A stretch of 64,000 nucleotides of DNA from Candidatus Latescibacterota bacterium (lineage in GTDB: Bacteria; Krumholzibacteriota; Krumholzibacteriia; WVZY01), in the NCBI GenBank assembly GCA_963791045.1, contig CAWBQK010000001.1, forward strand, positions 64,001 to 128,000, given 5' to 3'. Numbering within the stretch: position 1 is the stretch's first letter; every line of letters starts with the position of its first letter. Made by a program: the position numbers and the translations under genes. Below are positions 60,801 to 64,000 of this stretch, one piece after another. The notes beneath the pieces are model-generated. The model worked only from the letters and a program-made list of their open reading frames with translations, was not told the DNA's origin and searched no databases.

Positions 60801-61724
60801 ATGAAACGATCGCTCGCATATGTTTTTGTTGCCGTCCTCGTTGTCGCGGCCGCGGCGCCGGCGTTTGCCGGGTATTCGCGCGGCGGCGGTTTTACGGCGC
60901 CCGGTTACGGCGCCCGTGCGTGGGGTCTCGGCGGCGCGGCGACGGCGATCGGCGCCGATGAAAGCGCAACCTACTGGAACCCGGCTCTGCTCTCGCACCT
61001 CGGAGAAAAACGCCTCGGATTCGCCTATGTCGACCTGGTTCCCGGAGCCGAAGCGCAGCAGTCCTATCTTGCCTTCGCGATGCCGCTAAAAGAAGGACCA
61101 CTAGAAGAACCGGGTCTCGAATACGCGACGCATGCTCTCGGGGCGATCTACGGTAACCTGTCACTCGATCTCTCGGACGGCAAAAAGTACACCGAGAACT
61201 CGCTTCTCATCGGCTACTCTTACGCGCCCGCTTATTTTATATCGGTCGGCGCGAGCTTCGGAATGCTTTTCTCGGCGGGCGACCTCGACAACTTCGACGC
61301 CAAAGGAACCACGGTCAGCGCGGGGATCCGGATCGCGCTTCTCGAGAAGCTCTCGCTCGGGCTTGTCGCGCGCAATATGTTTTCAAAAATCTTGTTCGAC
61401 AGCGGCGAAAATGTGTCGCTCGAACGCGCTTTCACGCTGGGCCTCGGCTATCAGCTCTTTGACACCGTGTCGCTCGAGGGTGATTTCGTCAATGCGTACG
61501 GGGGGCTTGCACGGATGGTTATCGGCGGCGAAGCGACGCTCTTCTCCGATCTCCTTGTTCTCCGCGGGGGGCTTTCGGCAATCACATCGGGTGAAAACAG
61601 ATCGATCCCGCATTTGGGAATCGGCGTTCATTTCAATCGGATCTACATTGACTACAACGCCAACTTCGACTCCGAAGAGGCGTTTGAAAACACACACAGG
61701 TTCTCGCTTGGCATAGGGCTATAG
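60801..61724 (+). CDS. PorV/PorQ-like (FadL-type) outer-membrane beta-barrel
   Basis: GARAWGLGGA, ATYWNPALL, LRGG, C-terminal THRFSLGIGL. Confidence 0.8.
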   Translation: MKRSLAYVFVAVLVVAAAAPAFAGYSRGGGFTAPGYGARAWGLGGAATAIGADESATYWNPALLSHLGEKRLGFAYVDLVPGAEAQQSYLAFAMPLKEGPLEEPGLEYATHALGAIYGNLSLDLSDGKKYTENSLLIGYSYAPAYFISVGASFGMLFSAGDLDNFDAKGTTVSAGIRIALLEKLSLGLVARNMFSKILFDSGENVSLERAFTLGLGYQLFDTVSLEGDFVNAYGGLARMVIGGEATLFSDLLVLRGGLSAITSGENRSIPHLGIGVHFNRIYIDYNANFDSEEAFENTHRFSLGIGL

Positions 61725-61731
61725 CAATAAC

Positions 61732-62979
61732 GTGCAAACGGCTGCCGAAAAAATAACCCGGTACCTGTGGCTCATCTCTTTTTGCGGACTCGCCCTCTTT
61801 ATTCCCTTCTCCATCTCCGGCGCCAACATCTCGATCGGGTTCGGCTTCCTCGCGTCGATTATAGCGATGATTGCGCTCCCCGACGTGCGCCGGCGTTATA
61901 TGGGGCTCTTCAAGGATCCGCTCTTCATCGCCGCGCTCTTGCTCGTCGTCTCTGCGCTCCCGTCGGTCTTTATGTCGGAGAACTTTTCTCGCGCGCGCGG
62001 TGACTGGGAATCGTACTGGCTTCTTATCATCTACTTCTTTGTCGCGTACAACCTCACATCGTTCAAGCTCCGCCGCGGTGTATACTGGATCCTCTTCGCG
62101 TCCGCTTCGATCTCGTGCCTGGTCTCGCTCGTCCAGTACCGGGGCGGTGTCGACGCCGGTTTTATCCATATTGACGGGGAGGCCCGGCCGGCGAGCACGT
62201 TATTCATCATGACGTTTGCCGGAATCCTCGCTCAAGTCATCTGCGTCAATTTCTGCGCACTCTTCAGACGGCGGCGCTTTGGCCGGATGGAGGGGCTCGT
62301 TGTTGCCGGGTTGCTCCTCCAGGCAACGGGGCTTTTTCTCACCATGGCCCGGGGCGCCTGGGTCGCGCTTCTCGGTGGGCTCGTCGTCGCGGTTGTTTTG
62401 TTGCGCCGCCGTGGGCCTCTGCTTGCCGCCGCGGCGATCCTTGCCGTCCTCGTCGCGTTTGCCGCGACCGATGACCGCGTCAGACGCAAAGCCGCGTCGA
62501 TCGTTCAGGTTTTTAACGGCCCGACCGATGTCAACGTGTCAACGCGTTTTGTGTTGTGGGATGTGTCGTGGGAGCTTTTCAAGAAGAACCCGATACTCGG
62601 CGTCGGAATGGGCGACTACACCATCGAAGCCGAAAAGCTCATCGGCGAGCGCCACGTCGAAACGGCGACCGACTCGCACAATGTCTATCTCCAGGTCCTT
62701 GTCACGCGAGGGCTGGTTGGGTTTATACCATTTCTATTCTTCTGGTACGTTCTTCTTCGAATGCTATTCAGAATCCGCGCGGCGCTCGCCGCGAATAAAG
62801 GATTCGCGTGGCACTTCGTCACCGGCGTCATCGCCGCGACCGTCGCCCTTCTCCTCGGCGCGCTCACCGAGAACAACATCGACGACAGCGAAGTGTTTAC
62901 GGTGTTTCTCTTGTTGGTGGGAATCGCGAGGAGTCTGGTGCTTTTTCCGGAAACGGAACAAGTCGAAGAACAAGTCTGA
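61732..62979 (+). CDS. O-antigen ligase family protein
   Basis: TMARGAW, R..LW, PILGVG, HNVYLQ. Confidence 0.85.
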   Translation: MQTAAEKITRYLWLISFCGLALFIPFSISGANISIGFGFLASIIAMIALPDVRRRYMGLFKDPLFIAALLLVVSALPSVFMSENFSRARGDWESYWLLIIYFFVAYNLTSFKLRRGVYWILFASASISCLVSLVQYRGGVDAGFIHIDGEARPASTLFIMTFAGILAQVICVNFCALFRRRRFGRMEGLVVAGLLLQATGLFLTMARGAWVALLGGLVVAVVLLRRRGPLLAAAAILAVLVAFAATDDRVRRKAASIVQVFNGPTDVNVSTRFVLWDVSWELFKKNPILGVGMGDYTIEAEKLIGERHVETATDSHNVYLQVLVTRGLVGFIPFLFFWYVLLRMLFRIRAALAANKGFAWHFVTGVIAATVALLLGALTENNIDDSEVFTVFLLLVGIARSLVLFPETEQVEEQV

Positions 62980-63040
62980 GCGGATATCCAATCAAACAGA
63001 TTTTTTACCGATGATCAAGAGGATCCGATCGATCGCAAGC

Positions 63041-63118
63041 GCGGCGGTGAAGCGGAATATTGACAGATTCCCTCAAGATTTCATGTTTCAACTCAACAAG
63101 GATTAATTTGTAAAAGCT
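63041..63118 (+). pseudogene. Remnant of an ORF6N-domain (phage/MGE DNA-binding) gene
   Basis: AVKRNIDRFPQDFMFQLNKD* resembles the ORF6N core; N-terminus absent and TAA follows the motif. Confidence 0.7.
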
Positions 63119-63387
63119 ACGACTTGATCTGACAGACAATCGCCGGAGCGGAGTACCTGTCCGATCAAGTACTGACTTCTACATATTATCTCATTCTCAT
63201 GTTTTTTTTGTTTTGTCCTTGACGGGTTTTTGAAAGCGCCGTTTGCGATGTCTCGAATAGGCTGTGTTTTCGATACACACGCGCGATTACGTAAAAGCAC
63301 AGCCGCCCTCTTTTTAAGTTTGACGCTTTTGTTCCGACGGGTTGTTTTGTGTCGGCACGCGCCGCGCACGGTCCTCGAAAACCCCCA

Positions 63388-63396
63388 TGTTATAAT
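63388..63396 (+). promoter_or_regulatory. Extended -10 promoter upstream of the edge ORF
   Basis: TGTTATAAT, within the palindrome CATGT-TATAAT-ACATG. Confidence 0.55.
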
Positions 63397-63478
63397 ACAT
63401 GTGTTGACGATCCTCCCCGTTGACACTTGCAGCTGTCGTAAGTCAACACACACGACGCCGTTCCCCGGGAGGTTCCTT

Positions 63479-64000
63479 ATGGCCCGCCGATCGCTTTCCA
63501 ACTTGTCCGACAACGTTCTTCTCTCGCGTCTTCACGAGCTCGTTAAGAACGAAAAACAAACCACCCTCTCGATCCTTCGTCATCTCGCCGAGGTCGACCG
63601 ACGTGATCTCTATCTCGCGTATGGGTTCAGTTCGCTCTTCGATTACTGTGTCGGCGCCCTCGGGTACTCCCGGTCCGCCGCCGGAAGAAGGATCGCATCG
63701 GCCCGTTGTCTTCGCCGATTCCCCGAGGTACACGATCTTCTTGAGTTGGGCGAGGTGAACCTGACGACCATCGGACATGTCGCGTCGATCCTGAACGACG
63801 AGAATAGAGATCTTCTTCTTCGGGAGATCCGGGGCAAGACCGAGCGACAGGTCGAGTCGATTGTCGCCCGTTACAAGCCTCCCGTCGCCTACCGAGATCG
63901 TGTGAGACCGGTCCGCGTCACCGTCCCCGATTTGGGTCCAAACTCCAAAAATCGATGTAACTCGTTGATTCTTAACTCCCGGTCCGGGAGTGGCAATCGA
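63479..64000 (+). CDS. N-terminal part of a DUF222-like/HNH endonuclease family protein, truncated by the window end and absent from the ORF track
   Basis: GGAGGT RBS; MARRSLSNLSDNVLLSRLHELVKNE...HLAEVDRRDLYLAYGFSSLFDYCVGALGYSRSAAGRRIASAR...FPEV; open to 64000. Confidence 0.75.
   Translation, partial: MARRSLSNLSDNVLLSRLHELVKNEKQTTLSILRHLAEVDRRDLYLAYGFSSLFDYCVGALGYSRSAAGRRIASARCLRRFPEVHDLLELGEVNLTTIGHVASILNDENRDLLLREIRGKTERQVESIVARYKPPVAYRDRVRPVRVTVPDLGPNSKNRCNSLILNSRSGSGNR

Noticed and set aside
62216-63106. 296-aa plus-strand ORF overlapping the ligase gene
   Set aside because: Alternative-frame shadow; only its last ~20 codons (the ORF6N remnant) are meaningful.

Overview
Bacterial chromosomal window, moderately GC-rich. 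The FlgD/T9SS-like C-terminal sorting domains, C25 peptidase and PorV-like barrel suggest an FCB-related candidate phylum such as Krumholzibacteriota/Latescibacterota (inference only). The housekeeping backbone runs on the minus strand: EF-G paralog, yebC-ruvCAB-queA, then tgt-yajC-def-fmt-PASTA-rpe, then ffh-rpsP-KH-rimM-trmD-rplS-rnhB-yraN. Accessory blocks interrupt it: (1) a MurL/QueC-like PP-loop domain fused to a creatininase domain, beside an Ala-Glu-epimerase-family gene; (2) a split LKR/SDH saccharopine pair plus ornithine aminotransferase behind a structured leader; (3) secreted cargo proteins with sorting domains, and a cargo + PorV-like + O-antigen-ligase operon; (4) a ~20 kb surface-glycosylation region, where one membrane gene carries an in-frame palindromic insert; (5) at the right edge an ORF6N remnant, several hairpins and a truncated DUF222/HNH-type ORF missing from the ORF track. 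Five clear frame breaks in four genes, plus one possible break, are most simply read as sequencing indels. No tRNA, rRNA or CRISPR array was recognised. All family assignments come from motif recognition by eye, not database searches.
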